Shown: positions 40,106-52,755 of the stretch, piece by piece
How positions within the stretch are numbered: the stretch's first letter is position 1
Layout of the letters: every line of letters starts with the position of its first letter
Assembly (NCBI GenBank): GCA_038087875.1
Contig: CM075998.1
Coordinates: 2,048,001-2,108,000, forward strand
Direction: 5' to 3'
From: Malacoraja senta
Taxonomy: Eukaryota
DNA: 60,000 nucleotides
The notes under the pieces: generated by a model
What the model was told of the DNA's origin: nothing
The model's input: only the letters and a program-made list of their open reading frames with translations
Databases searched by the model: none
Program-made: the position numbers and the translations under genes

Positions 40106-42504
40106 GTAAGAAACTCCGTTTCCCAAGTACTTTGTTTTTTAAATGTTGCTTTTTGGGTTTAAAAAAAAATATCAAGTTTTACATTATTTTTCAATTAAAT
40201 CGATTGTGAGGTTTCAGGTAAATAGTTTATTAAGCTTATGCTGTATTCATCAATGACACATAACAGGAAACGAGTTTATTATGACTTCAGAATTATTTTA
40301 TCTACTTTACATACCACAGTGTGAATCAGGCACTGGATATGTGGAAATAAATGATCATTATAGGCGGGATGCTGCATCGAACTTTGAAGTCCAAAGCTGA
40401 TTTTATACTCGTTTATTTAAAGGCCTCTTCTCCAAATCTAGGTTGGACCTCATGTAATCCACTTCATTCCCAGAATAAAAGTTCAATTTAATCAATCCTG
40501 ATCTCTAAAGGAAGCAACATCGTGTAACACCTCTGGCTGTGTAAAACACGAATCTCCACAACAAGCACCTACGATGGCAAATAATATGTTGGATTTCAGT
40601 GTGTAAAAAAAAAAGCAAGGATATTTGCCCGAGGAAGGGTCTCGACCTGAAACGTCACCTATCCACGTCCTCCAGAGATGCTGCCTGACCCCGCTGAGTT
40701 GCTCCAACACTTTGTGTCCTTTAAGGATATTTTTATACAGGGTAGACACAAAATGCTGGAGTAACTCAGGGAACAGGGAACTTTATTCTGCTGAATCTTG
40801 CTAGACGTAAAATGCCGGAGTAACTCAGCGGGACAGGCAGCATCTGAGGAGAGAAGGAATGGGTGACGTTTCAGGTCGAGACCCTGATACAGGGCCTTGG
40901 TGAGACCACACCTGAAATGTTTTGTGTAGTTCTGTGCTTTTTACCAAAGAAAGGATGTACTTGTCATTGATGGAGAACAAAGGTTTATCAGACTGGTTCC
41001 AGAGATGGTAGGATCGGTGATGAGGATGTGGAAATGGCATGGTCTGAGACGTTAATAGTCTTACATAGCATGCTCTTACATAGTCTGAAACTTAGCTCAC
41101 TGTCAAATATCACACCAAGGTTGCAAGCAGTTTTTTGGCATTGGTATTGATTTATTACTGTCACATGTACCGCGATACAGTGAATAGCTTTTGTTTGCGT
41201 GCAATCACATCAGTACAATCAAGCCATGCACAAGTACAACAGGGTAATGTAAATAGAAAAATACTAGAGGGCAAATTATAGTTTTACAACATGGCAGTGT
41301 TACATAGAATTATTGTCATAACAGCACAGAAACAGGCCCTTCGGCCCAACTTGCCCTTGCCGACCAAGATGCCACATCTATACTAGTCCCACCTGTCTGT
41401 GTTTGGTCCATGTCCCTTTAAACCTTTCTTATTCATGTACCTGTCCAAAAGTCTCTTAGCCATTCCAGAGAAAAAGTCAGATGTCTACAATGAGGTCGAT
41501 TGGATGGTGGGGACTGCACCCTAGTTTATGGGTGGACCATTCAGTGGTCTGATAACAGCAGGGGAAGAATCTGTTCCTGAATCTGGTGATACCTGCTTTC
41601 CAGCTTTTGAATCTTCTGCCCGAGAGGGGAGAGGAGGGAATAACTGGGGTCCTTGATTACTTGCCTGCATTCCCGAAACCGTGTGAAGTACAGATGGAGT
41701 CAATGGTGGGACGACTGGTTTGTGTGATGGACTGCGCAACATCCACAATCTGCAATTTCTTGCGGTCTTGAGCAGAGCTGCTCCCAAACCAAGCTGTGAT
41801 GCTTGTCAATAGTATGCTTTCTATCTATGGTGTATCTGTGGATGTTGGCAAGAGTTGTTGGAGACATGCCAAACCTCCATACTCTCCTGTGGAAGTTGAG
41901 GCATTGGTGTGCTTTTTTTGGCCGTAGCTTCAATCCATGACAGATTTTTGGTGATATTTACACCTGGAACTTGAGGCTCTCGATCATTTCCACGTCAGCA
42001 CCATTGATGCTGATTGGGACACGTACTCCACCATGCTTCCTGAAGTCCATAACCTGCTGACCTCACAAGAGTGGTTGTTATCCTGGCACTGTGTTATTCA
42101 ATTCTCTATCTCCTTCCTGTTCTCCATTTCGTCGTTGTTTGCGATCCGTCTCACTACAGTGGTGTTATTCTGGTTTGGAAATTTGCTGGGGAGAAGGTTG
42201 GTGATAAGGAAGCTACATTTGTGATGTGAGGTGGTTGGATGTTGAACGAGCAGTCTGACAACTCTGAGGCAGTGACGGCTTCGGGAGAGGTGATGGTGAG
42301 AAAAAGCTGTGAAAGGCAATCACGCGACATGTAACCGCGCTTATCCCAAGTACTGTCTTCTCATTCATTCTAATCCCTTTAGAATGAATGAGAAAGGCTA
42401 CGTGTAGAATCTTCACCTTTCTGGAGAAATTGCAACAAAGTCCTAATGTGCATACTTGGAGGGAATTTAGGAGCGAGGGCTAGGCTGCCTTGGTTTACCC
42501 TTGA

Positions 42505-43003
42505 GAGACACAAAAAGCTGCAGTAACTCAGCGGGTCAGATAGCATCTCAGGAGAAAATGAATAGGTGACGTTTTGGGTCGAGACCCTTCTTCAGACTGA
42601 GAGTCGGGGGAAAGGGAAACGAGAGATATAGACGGTGATGTAGAGAGATATAGAACAAATGAATGAAAGATCTGCAAAAAGGTAATGATGATAAAGGACA
42701 CACGCCATTGTTAGCTGTGGGCTAGGTGAAAACGAGCTACAGACAAGACTCAACAAGACGACTTTGAAACTCGTATGACTTGGGTGGGGGAGGGATGGAG
42801 AGAGAGGGGATGCAAGGATTACTTGAATTTAGAGATATGAATATAATACCGCTGGGTTTTAAGCTGCCCAAGTGAAATATGAGATACTGTTCCTTCAATT
42901 TGTGTTTGGCATCACTCTGACAATGGAGGAGGCCCAGGACAGAAAGGTCAGTGTGGGAATGGAAGGGGGAATTAAAGTGTTTGACAACCAGGAGATCAGG
43001 TAG
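42505..43003 (-). mobile_element. Penelope-like element 3' fragment (GIY-YIG C-terminus + pLTR with hammerhead core)
   Basis: Minus strand encodes PDLLVVKHFNSPFHSHTDLSVLGLLHCQSDAKHKLKEQYLIFHLGSLKPSG, followed by CTGAAGAagggtctcgaccc(A)AAAcgtc. Confidence 0.85.
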
Positions 43004-44661
43004 ATATCCTTTCCCAGCTTGAAAGCCTGGAAGTTAATTGTAACATCCTTGTCATGGGTCTTTAATGTAAATTAACAGCTCAAAACCTTTTAACCTATAA
43101 TGTCTGTCCATTCTTTCAAGCAAACCTAAATTCATCTTGTTTTGCCCATTGTCCTTTGTTTCAAATATGTATCAAATTTTTTTAATTTTTGTTTGTTTAA
43201 TGAGAGCGCCTCAACCACTTCCTGTGATTAGTTGTTCAATGTTGAATTGAGACTTTTTGTTCTCGCTCCTCCCTAAGTTCAGTGGCGAACTTAAACTGAT
43301 GACCCTTGCCACCGTCCCTGCAACGAGAGAAAATAGCCTCTCTCGTGTATCAAATCCGCTAATAACTTCAACAAAGACTTTGTATTAAATCTCTTGGCCT
43401 CTATTGCCCCGCTGGAAACAGACTGTTGTAAATATATAGCCAAAATAGACGGCAAGTCAGAAGAAATCGAGATGAATTTGGGCAATGTTCTCGTCAGACT
43501 CCGCCGTATTGTGTTCATTCTGTGAGCAAAACAAAACAAGAGATGCGATCAAACGTATTTATGGTCAAGGACATCACATTGTAAGGAATGTCGAGAGACT
43601 TGGGTTTCAGTCTGGGCAGGAAGATGTGCATTTTAAGTATTATAAGGTTAACATTAGGACTGATGTTTTGAACTCCCCCTTCAAATGGCCTCAAAGATGA
43701 ATATTATCAACTAGCTGATGTCGGGGCCACAAAAGGCTGCACTTTTACACGACTAGCCTCATTATTTTTTGGACTCGGTTTCTTGAATGTTCCGCATTCA
43801 AGCTCGGTTATCCAATTATCAATGGAGGCGAAACCCTGGAATCATTAAAAATGATTGGTTGTTTCTATGGAGGCGGTAAGGTTGTCTGGCTACATGACCT
43901 GACATGGGGGTGAACTGACGTTAATGATTACTGAATTCTCCGCATTTCGCTGTGGTTAAAGTGCACCATGGAATGAGAAGAATTCATCCTTGTTCCCTGG
44001 TTATTCATCAAGAACTGTTAACCTTTAAACCAAGTACACGCCAGCCACCATTTGCAGAAATCAGTTTCCCTGTTCGTCCAGAATCAAAGCCACTGAATAT
44101 TGTAGGGCACTGTGCAGGGAAGGGTAGCATAGATACAGCCCCACCCCCAACGTATTCACTGACTGCTTAAGATCCCTCTTCAAAAGCAGTCAAATTTCAA
44201 TACCAATGCAAACCCTCTGGACACTGAAGTTTGCCCTAGTCTTTCCATGCACCATGGCTATAGAGATGCTTTATTATAAAGGGGCTGGTGGTTTAAATTT
44301 AGCAGGATTGAGAAAATAAAATACAAATCTGACAAGGCAACAGGCTACAGATGTGACAGGGAAGTAGTGAAATAAATCTGGATGGCTTACTGGCACTTGT
44401 GTAAACACAGATGGTGCTTGTAGCTACTTGATTTTCTCCACTTAAGGTACCTGGTACGTCTCTGCTCCCAGTGTACATCACTGACAGTGTTCAATGCTGA
44501 AGCTCACTAGATATTCCCCAGGGGCTGTCGTCTGCACTCATTTATTTCCCCTCTTTGCTCCCCACCCCCTAAGAAATCTACATCAAATAAGAATTATGGG
44601 GAGGATCTGCATTATTTATACGGGATAGGATGATTAAAATAGTGATTTTTAAAAATTATTT

Positions 44662-44972
44662 AAAGTGGCACAGTTGGTAGAGCTGCTGCCTCACAGCGCC
44701 AGAGGCCCGGGTTTGATACTGGCCTCAAGTGCTGTCGGTGTGGAGTTTGCACGTTCTCCCTGTGACCGCGTGGGTTTCCTCCAGTTGCTCCGGTTTTCCT
44801 CCCACATCTCAAAGACGTGTGGGTCTGTTGGTTAATTCGCCCTCTGTAAATTGCCCCGAGTGTGCAGGGAGTGGATGAGAAAGTGGGATAAGGTGGAACT
44901 AATGTGAACGGGTGATCGCTGGTCAATGTGGACTCGATGGGTCGAAGGGCTCTTTCTGTGCTGTGTCTTTAA
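44662..44972 (+). mobile_element. tRNA-derived V-SINE (HE1-like elasmobranch SINE)
   Basis: Pol III A box TGGCACAGTTGG, B box GGTTTGATAC, V-domain tgtggagtttgcacgttctccc...gggtttcctcc, LINE-like tail gggtcgaagggc. Confidence 0.8.
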
Positions 44973-46992
44973 ATCAATTAAAAGCTGCTCAGAGTGAGTA
45001 GCAGCTCCATGGAATTTTAGCACAACCCTCGAGATTGCATTACAGTCCTTCACTAAAGTGCTAAAATCACTTATTTTTGCTTCATTTCTGAGCAGGCCAC
45101 ATGATTTCCAAAGTACTTGATCATTACTTTTTAATAATTTGTATTACTCCAATGTACCAGAACATTGGCGACTCACAAATATTTCATTGTTTATTCATGT
45201 GTAATGAATTGCAATACTCCTGGAAATAGTGACATGAGAGTGTTTCTTCCTCTTTGATTGGCACTCTTAATGGCATTCTTCATCTTGCAAGTGGGAAAGT
45301 CCTTACAAAAATTGGTAGGAAAACTTTGGCATTGATTTTTGCCAAATCTGAAAATGGAACCTGCTCTTATCAGGGCCAGAACTGCTGCTTCAAAAGTGGA
45401 ACAACCACTTTGTTTAAATTATCTGCAGACTAAGAGTCACCTACCTTGATGCACAAGTTCATAGGTTGTAGGCGCAGAATTGGGCCAATCGGCCCATCTA
45501 CTCTGCCATTCAATCATGGCTGATCTATCTTCCCCTCTCAACCCCGTTCTCCTGCCTTCTCCCATAGCACTTGATACAGCAGTCCTAAAGTAAGCAAATC
45601 AACAACAATGATATCGAGGCGAGCAGTTTGTGAAGGGTTTTCAAGCCAGTTTCCAATGCGCTGGAGAATTAGAAGTCAACGTATAGATCAGGCAAGACAG
45701 GGATTGAAGGCGTATAACACGAAACACAAGAATGTCTCTTGCTCCTGACGACAAAAGTGAAACAATTCATAGTTCTCCGCCAAATATTTGCAATACATGG
45801 ATCAGTATCTTTGCCAAGGGCTGTCTTGCACACCTTTTGGCCAATAGCCCTTCAATTTCTCCTTATGTGGATATGCTTTGCCTTCTCTGGTAGCAGGCCC
45901 AAATGGTGTAAGTGAGATCATAACTTTGTACTGTTGGGAATTACATGTATAAATCCACACCCGTCTCTTCTAATACATAAATAAATAGGGATTAAAAAAA
46001 TTGGCAAGTCAGTGAGCAGTTGAAGGAAATGGACAGGTGATATTGCAGAACGGGAAAATTCAATGAGAATGAGTGTATTCATGAGTCGAGAGGGGTCAAA
46101 CGTTGAAAGGGAAATGTTGATGAAAGGATTGCTGACTGTAGCAAGAGATTATTGCTCCAGAATGATGTAGCAAGGTGGAGCATGCTCCGCCTCTCAAATC
46201 TTAGCTGTTGCATTCCAGAGTGGTGAAAATGCCACAGGACGCACACAGTACAAAAACTTCTCCAGAACAAGCCTTGATTATTCAGTGTAACTAAACGGGG
46301 TATGGCTTTCCTTACACAAATGCAAGAAAGCAAAGTGAAAGGTGAGAGAATCTACATGAGATTTACTTGCACCCGAAGAGGTCAAGAGAGTTCACAAATG
46401 CTCAGACCTCCATTTAAGTCTGTGATTTCAGACAATGAGTAAATGCATTGTATTGTGGTATTGAGTGACAATAATCAGGAAACCAGCATCTGCAATTCCT
46501 TGTTTCCACAGGAAAGAGCCTGTCCTTGTTTTGTGTTGAGTTAGGTAGGTAAGTTAAGATGGTGTGTCATCTAAGAAAAGGGATGGTGTTCCCTCACAGC
46601 TGGTTGGGGACTAGTGTTGAAATTGGGGAGAGCTATCCCACAGACGAGTTAAGCAACAGTCTGATATGATTGTCCTCACAACATTGTAGCATTGAGGACA
46701 ATGAGGTGGACACCTCCTTCACAATCCTTTGGCACCTCCTGCTCCACTGGAGGAAGGGGCGCTTGGCATGCAGGCTGGATGGAGTTGCCATGGGGGTCTA
46801 ATGTGGTTGATGGTATTGGGTCAAGCAAACCTCCTCCTGATTGCCTCGGCAGATAAATCAGTGCTCCTCTACTTTGAACAACACTTGGAAGTAGAGAGTC
46901 AAGATGCTCTCCCTCCAAGCATTGAAAGTAGCTAAGGCACAGAGTACACTTATGATGGGGGACTTCACTGTCTGTCACCAATAGTGGCTTGG

Positions 46993-47418
46993 AGATGTGG
47001 ATCACAGAAAACACTACATTTAGAAAAAAATAAGGCTTGTTTTGTCTGACAAATCAGACCAATTTTCCAAAATATGGTCTCCTTTCATTGAATTTCTTCA
47101 ACAACATAATGGTTGAACACAAACTCAAAACCGACGCTAGGGTCGGGTGAGCGGGCGTAGGGAAGGGTAGTGGGATATATCTCCGCTTTTTTCACTTCTT
47201 CGTTAGTTCAGGGTTTTTTCTTTTTTCTCTTTCGTGTCTTTTTCGAAATTCTTTTTTTTCTTTTTCTTTTCTTCTTCCTTTCTTCCCTCTTCTTTTTTCC
47301 GATTTAGTTTTTAGTTTATAAAATGTTAAAATTGAAGCTGTACGAAAATTGTATAATTGTTATGTCGATTATTTTCTCCTTGTACAATTGCTTCTAATAA
47401 AATAAATATTTAAAAAAA
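46993..47418 (+). mobile_element. 5'-truncated L1-clade LINE
   Basis: ORF2 end LHLEK.RLVLSDKSDQFSKIWSPFIEFL, T-rich 3'UTR, AATAAA + A tail, 14-bp TSD caatagtggcttgg (46979-46992, 47419-47432). Confidence 0.8.
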
Positions 47419-50400
47419 CAATAGTGGCTTGGTAAAAATATCACAAACTAAGCTCACCGTGTCCTGAACAACCTCGGGTGCTGTCTGTGTGGAGTTTGCA
47501 TGTTCACCCAGATTCTGAAGGAAAAAATTACGATTTTCTTTTTTTTTTAACTATGCCGAAAGCGAAGTTAATTGCGCACCCGTTCAGCACACTGTGGTCA
47601 AAAACCAGGTCGCTGATTAATACTTTATTATCACATGTGACCATGTCACAGTAAAATCCTTTGTTTTGCATACCATATACAAAGTATGGAAAAAGTCGTC
47701 ATGTTGAGGGCACCACTTTTGAAGTGGACAGGACGTGTTTAAAAGTGGATTTTGTTTTAAACATGCATCATAGATTGCCTTTGGCTTCATTTATAGGCAT
47801 AGGGAACAAAAACAAGGAAGTTCAGTTTAACCTTTTGTAAACCGTTCAATCAACCTCGGCTGGAGTATTGTGCACAGCTCTGGGCTTGATGCTTTAGGAA
47901 AGACGTCATGGCGCTGGGGAGGATGTAGAGGAGATTTATTTGACTGATTTCAAGGATGTAGAACTTGTGTTATGTGGCTGCACTGGAGGAGCTGAGCTGT
48001 TCTGCTTGGAGCAGTGAAGGCTAGGGCAATGTCAGTGGTGGGCTCAGAGACCTGGAGGCTGGTGCCAGAATAGACAGACCAGTGGTTGCTATTTAGAGGA
48101 CATGAATTTGAGGCAAATGGCAAAAAGGACCAGAGGTGAAATAAAGTTTAGAAACGAGGAACTGCAGATGCTGGTTTGCAATAAAAGACACAAAGTGCTG
48201 GAGTAACTCGGTGGATCAGGCAGCATCTTTGGAAAACATAGGTGACGTTTTGGGGCGGGTCCCTTCTTCAGACAGATTGTGGGGGGGGGTGGAAGCTGGA
48301 AAAGTGGAGAGGCAGGGCAAAGCCTGGCAGGTCATCGGTGAACATGGGCGAAAGGAATCAAGGGATATGGGGGGAAGGCAGGAACGGGGTACTGATTGGG
48401 GATGATCAGCCATGATCATATTGAATGGGGGTGCTTGCCTACTCCTGCACCTATTTTCTATGTCTATGTCTATGACCTCTGGGTTTGAGCACAGCTTCTT
48501 CCCAACAACCATCAGGCTCTTGAACACTCCAAAACACCAACCAAACTATGGACTGTCTTGGTTGCACTGAGGGCTTTAGGCTCTTTTGCACTAATATTGG
48601 AGTTATTCATTTTTTTGAATGTTTTGTTTATTATGTTATCCATGAGTACTGTGTTTACAGGCCTGTTAAGATGCTGCAAGTGAGAATTTATTGTTCCGTC
48701 ATCAGTATACATGACAATTAAACACTCTTGATGTCCGCCTCTGCCCACATCATTACGATTTTCCAAGAAAGTAGGAGACCCAGCTGTTTTTGCCACCTTA
48801 ACCCAGGTCATCTGCCAACCTGGGCAATGGCAGCGATCTTAGAATCTGAGGGGACAAACTCTCTTTTTTAATTCTCCTTCAGTCTGAAGAAGGGTTTAGG
48901 CCCGAAACGTTGCCTATTTCCTTTGCTCCATAGATGCTGCCGCACCCGCTGAGTTTCTCCAGCACGTTTGTCTACCTTCGATTTTAATTACTGTACATGG
49001 TGCAAAGACAGAAAACATAGGGAAGTGTTGACGGCTATTTATGCATTTTTCTTTTTGTGTCTTTGTGTGCTCCCTCCAAAGTTACGGCAATAGTACAGAA
49101 TTGCAGCAAAAAAAGGTGGATCCAGGAGCCAGCCTGAAAGCTGTGTGATCTCTCTTGCTGCTGTTGTGCTTTGAACCAGCTGGGCTGCCCACCAATAACT
49201 GTCAACACAAACTAATGTGTTAAATGATGTTGTTAATTCTGTCCAAATACATGTTCTTTATGAGGGATGATTTTACCTATAAACTGGATCATCATTTTTG
49301 GAAGCTTTGCTGCACTGTCGTGGACACCCAGTGATGCCCGTGTGGCTATTTGCAGTGGTGACGACCTCTTTGTTTACTCTAAGCTGGAAGCAGTTACAGC
49401 TCCTTTAAAATACCATGGATGCTGGAAGAAAAATCTGATGTTTAATCTTATCTTGTTCCATCCGAGCAGTAAATAAAGCTTGACAACTGCTTCCAGCTGG
49501 TTGCAGGGCTCGTTAAATGCTGCACAAGCTCTTGAGATTTCTGGTGTTTAGAAGCCTCATTAATTCTTTATTCTTGACTGAAAAAACACAAATGTGGATC
49601 AAACCGCTCCTCCGACACTTCTCGGCCATTAGCTTGATGTGTTTTTTCTCTCGCTTTGACCATACCTTTCCTAAACACAATAGTTTGTGACGGATTCTCC
49701 TCCTTGGGCAGTCTTGACTTGCTTCCAGTTCTGTGGTGACCACATTGGCCTCATCAGACACCTCTAAATCCTCAGAACAGACCTAGCAAATTGAAGCCCA
49801 GCATTCATAAGGCAATGTGAGTCGTTAGCAGCAGAAATGTACACGGCGACCTGTAACCAGACCCTGAAAATGAATGATGTACCATTGCCCTTTTGTGAGT
49901 TCTCCCTATAAGCAGCATAGCCTGGAATATCACACTACCATTGTGAAGAAACCACGAGACCAGCTATCAAGAATAGTTCTCTCCGTCTCTCCCCCACCAT
50001 AGTTCCCCGGCTCGTTTCACTGTCCTCCTGATTAATTTGTTTGAGAAAGAACTGCAGATGCTGGAAAAATCAGTGGACAAAAAATTCTGGAGAAACTCAG
50101 CGGGTGAGGCAGCATCTATGGAGAGAAGGAATTAGCGAGACCCTTCCTCCCGATTAATTTTACTGTTTGTATGTCTCGTTGTCGCCTTCCCCTCAGCCAA
50201 CAATGAAGCATTCTACATTTCCTTGATCATCGTCTGCTCTGATATGTCGTTTTCACACCTTACCCTTCCATATCAGTTTCCCTCTCCCCAGACTCTCAGT
50301 CTGAAGAAGGGTCTTGACAACACCATATGGGGGGGGGGGGGGGGGGGGGGGGGAGTGCAAGAAAAATGCAGCAGTTCACCGCCAAGAGCAATGAATGAAA

Positions 50401-50724
50401 TTCAATAGATACTGGCCTTGCCAATGACACCCAGACCCTGAAAACGAATGATGTACCATTGCCCTTTTGTGAGTTCTCCCTATAAGCAGCATAGCCGCTG
50501 CAACAGTCAGACGCAATACTGACATTGTGCTGACACAAGGTGACCTCTGTGGATCAGGGCGGGGGATAATTGTCATTTGAAGTGAAGCACTCCAGAGAAG
50601 TGAGAAAGGAGTTAAACTGTCAAATGTGGAGGTGGAGAGGAATAATGTGAATCATGCCTCTGCTCTGGACTTTGTTGGCTGACGGCCGTTGTGTGCATCA
50701 CTCCCCTTCTGTTTCTCTTTGTAG

Positions 50725-50811
50725 GCCGATGCAAAGTTCAACGCCAGGAAAGCTTCGCTTGCTGAGGTCAAAGAGGCTTGTATGAAGATATTGGTGCAAC
50801 AGCAGCAAGAG
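50725..50811 (+). CDS. LRRFIP-like coding exon 2
   Basis: 87 bp, phase 0; ADAKFNARKASLAEVKEACMKILVQQQQE aligns without gaps to the 29-aa LRRFIP exon [29 protein letters not shown]; tttgtag / gtaaag borders. Confidence 0.85.
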
Positions 50812-51016
50812 GTAAAGCACAGTATCTAACACGCATCCCTCACGACTATTGTCACCCGCACAGTGTTTCTGTACAAATAAGTGATGAGAGGAATCCCTGT
50901 GGAGAACAATGGCACGTGATGACACAAAACAACCTTACGAGAAAGAAATCTTTCCATTGAAGCGCATTGTGTTGAAGCTGTCTCTTGCGAGGTCTTCCAA
51001 TAATATCACTGTGATG

Positions 51017-51210
51017 GACACAAAAAGCTGGGGTAACTCGGCGGGACAGGCAGTATCTCTGGAGAGAAGGAATGAAGAAGCCTGAAGAAGGGTCTTGACC
51101 CGAAACATCACCCATTCCTTCTCTCCAGAGATGCTGCCTGTCCCGCTGAGTTACTCCAGCTTTTTGTGTCTATCTTCGGTGTAAACCAGCATCTGCAGTT
51201 CCTTCCTATG
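51017..51210. mobile_element. Penelope pLTR in inverted (hairpin) arrangement
   Basis: 58-bp inverted arms (51017-51074, 51113-51170) enclosing a CTGAAGA...GAAA core. Confidence 0.8.
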
Positions 51211-51500
51211 TATACCACTGGGATTATGTACCTACAGCATTACCATTATATGCAAACATTGCCACAGTGTATTCTTTAGACAGATCAGCACAATAATGAA
51301 CTAGATATGATAATTGAGAACACTTTGCCATTTGGTTATTCCAAGAAAAATGTCATGCAATGTTTGAATTAGTTTTGTCTTGCACAGACTGATTAATATT
51401 TAAAAACAAGAATAAACAATATAATAACTCCTCCCTGTCCATTTTTAAATAATCGGGAAATGTAAGAAGGAAAAGAACTAGATTTGTTGTTGAAATGAAC

Positions 51501-51640
51501 TTCTTCTTCTTGCGTATGGCGTGCACAGCCTAAAGTTGTAGGACAACTTGTTCTATTTGATCTTATTTGATTGTGCACGCCGGGTTGATGGCATTAGTAG
51601 AAACAGGGCGGATCACGTGAAGGTTGCAATCTCCCACCCC
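51501..51640 (-). mobile_element. Short retroposon with HDV-like ribozyme head and (GAA)n tail
   Basis: 12-bp TSD gttgaaat(g/a)aac at 51489-51500 and 51641-51652; (TTC)n on + strand = GAA tail; internal 10-bp stem (51518-27 / 51572-81). Confidence 0.8.
51587..51640 (-). ncRNA. Minimal HDV/CPEB3-like self-cleaving ribozyme fold
   Basis: GGGGUGG-GA-GAUUGCA-ACC-UUCACGU-GAU-CCGCCCU-GUUUCUA-CUAA-UGCCAUC: P1 7 bp with G1.U wobble, P2 6/7, P3 2/3, L3 UUCACGU, J4/2 CUAA. Confidence 0.75.
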
Positions 51641-52719
51641 GTTGAAATAAACCATGGGATTGTGAATCAAGCATGATCTTAAATCTGGAAAACATTTAAA
51701 CATTGTTCCCTTGCATAAATTGGTCGAGGGGAACTCTGATTCCTGTCTATTTCGACTGAAAAGAGTTTTTCTAAAAATGACTGAAATTTCAATATTCAAA
51801 TTTGAATTTTGATGACGTTTGGGTGTGTTCAAGACTTGCTTTTGTACAGCACATTCACAATTTGCATCTTGCACCGAGGAACACAGCAGCTAATACGTGG
51901 TGTTCTTGTTCCGTCCTCGAAATAAATACAGATAATACTGGAAGCACTTAACAGCAGCTGCGGAAAGAGAAACCGTGTTTGTTTCGGGTCTGCGATCCTT
52001 CATCAGAAGTTGGAGAGACAAGTTAGTTGAGGTAGTAGGGAAGGTAGGGGGATGGGTAAAAGAGTACATTTTAGCCAGCGATTGAGAATAATGGATCAAC
52101 AGAGCCTCAAAGGAGAATATCCTGCCTGTGAGTACTGGCTCTTGTCTGGAACTGTCCAGTTGATTTTAATCCCCTGCTCTTTCTCTATAGCCCTGTCAGA
52201 TTTCCTCTCTGTATTCAACTGGTTTTATTCATCATGAAGTAGTTATTGTTTGGGCTAACTGCTAGTGAGCCAAATGCATTTAAAGCATGGAAGTTTGAGG
52301 ATACAGAATAGTCGCTGTTAAAATAAATTCCTATCCTTGTCCTCATCTCTTCACAACCCAAAGCCTCCCCAGGAACCTGTGTAATGCCAAGTTGATGACC
52401 CTACTCCAGCAGAGACCCCTCTCTTAAGGTTTGAAGTGTGCAGACAAGCTTTCGTGTTCCATATCCTCGGGACGGTCATTATTTGTCAGATGTTCCCATA
52501 AAGATACTCTTGTTCTTCTGCTGTAACGTGGGTGGAAATCACAGGAGAGCAGCAGAAGTCTTTTATATCATCGTCTGTGGATTGAGACAAGATGCAAATT
52601 AAAGGGAAAAGCTGGATGGCAGGAGAGAGCCAGACTTCAATTAAAAACCTTTGAGCACTAAAGATCTTCTCTTAAACCAATAATAATAATGTTTCTTTAC
52701 CATATATATATATTTACAG

Positions 52720-52755
52720 CTTGAGGAGCTAATGGAAAAACAAGATGCTGACCAG
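52720..52755 (+). CDS. LRRFIP-like coding exon 3 (micro-exon)
   Basis: 36 bp; LEELMEKQDADQ between tttacag and gtagac; same length as and similar to the LRRFIP1 segment VEERPEKDFTEK. Confidence 0.6.

Noticed and set aside
43300..43560. Alternative first exon of the LRRFIP-like gene in a mildly CpG-rich intronic patch
   Set aside because: No convincing ATG plus phase-0 donor or family similarity found.
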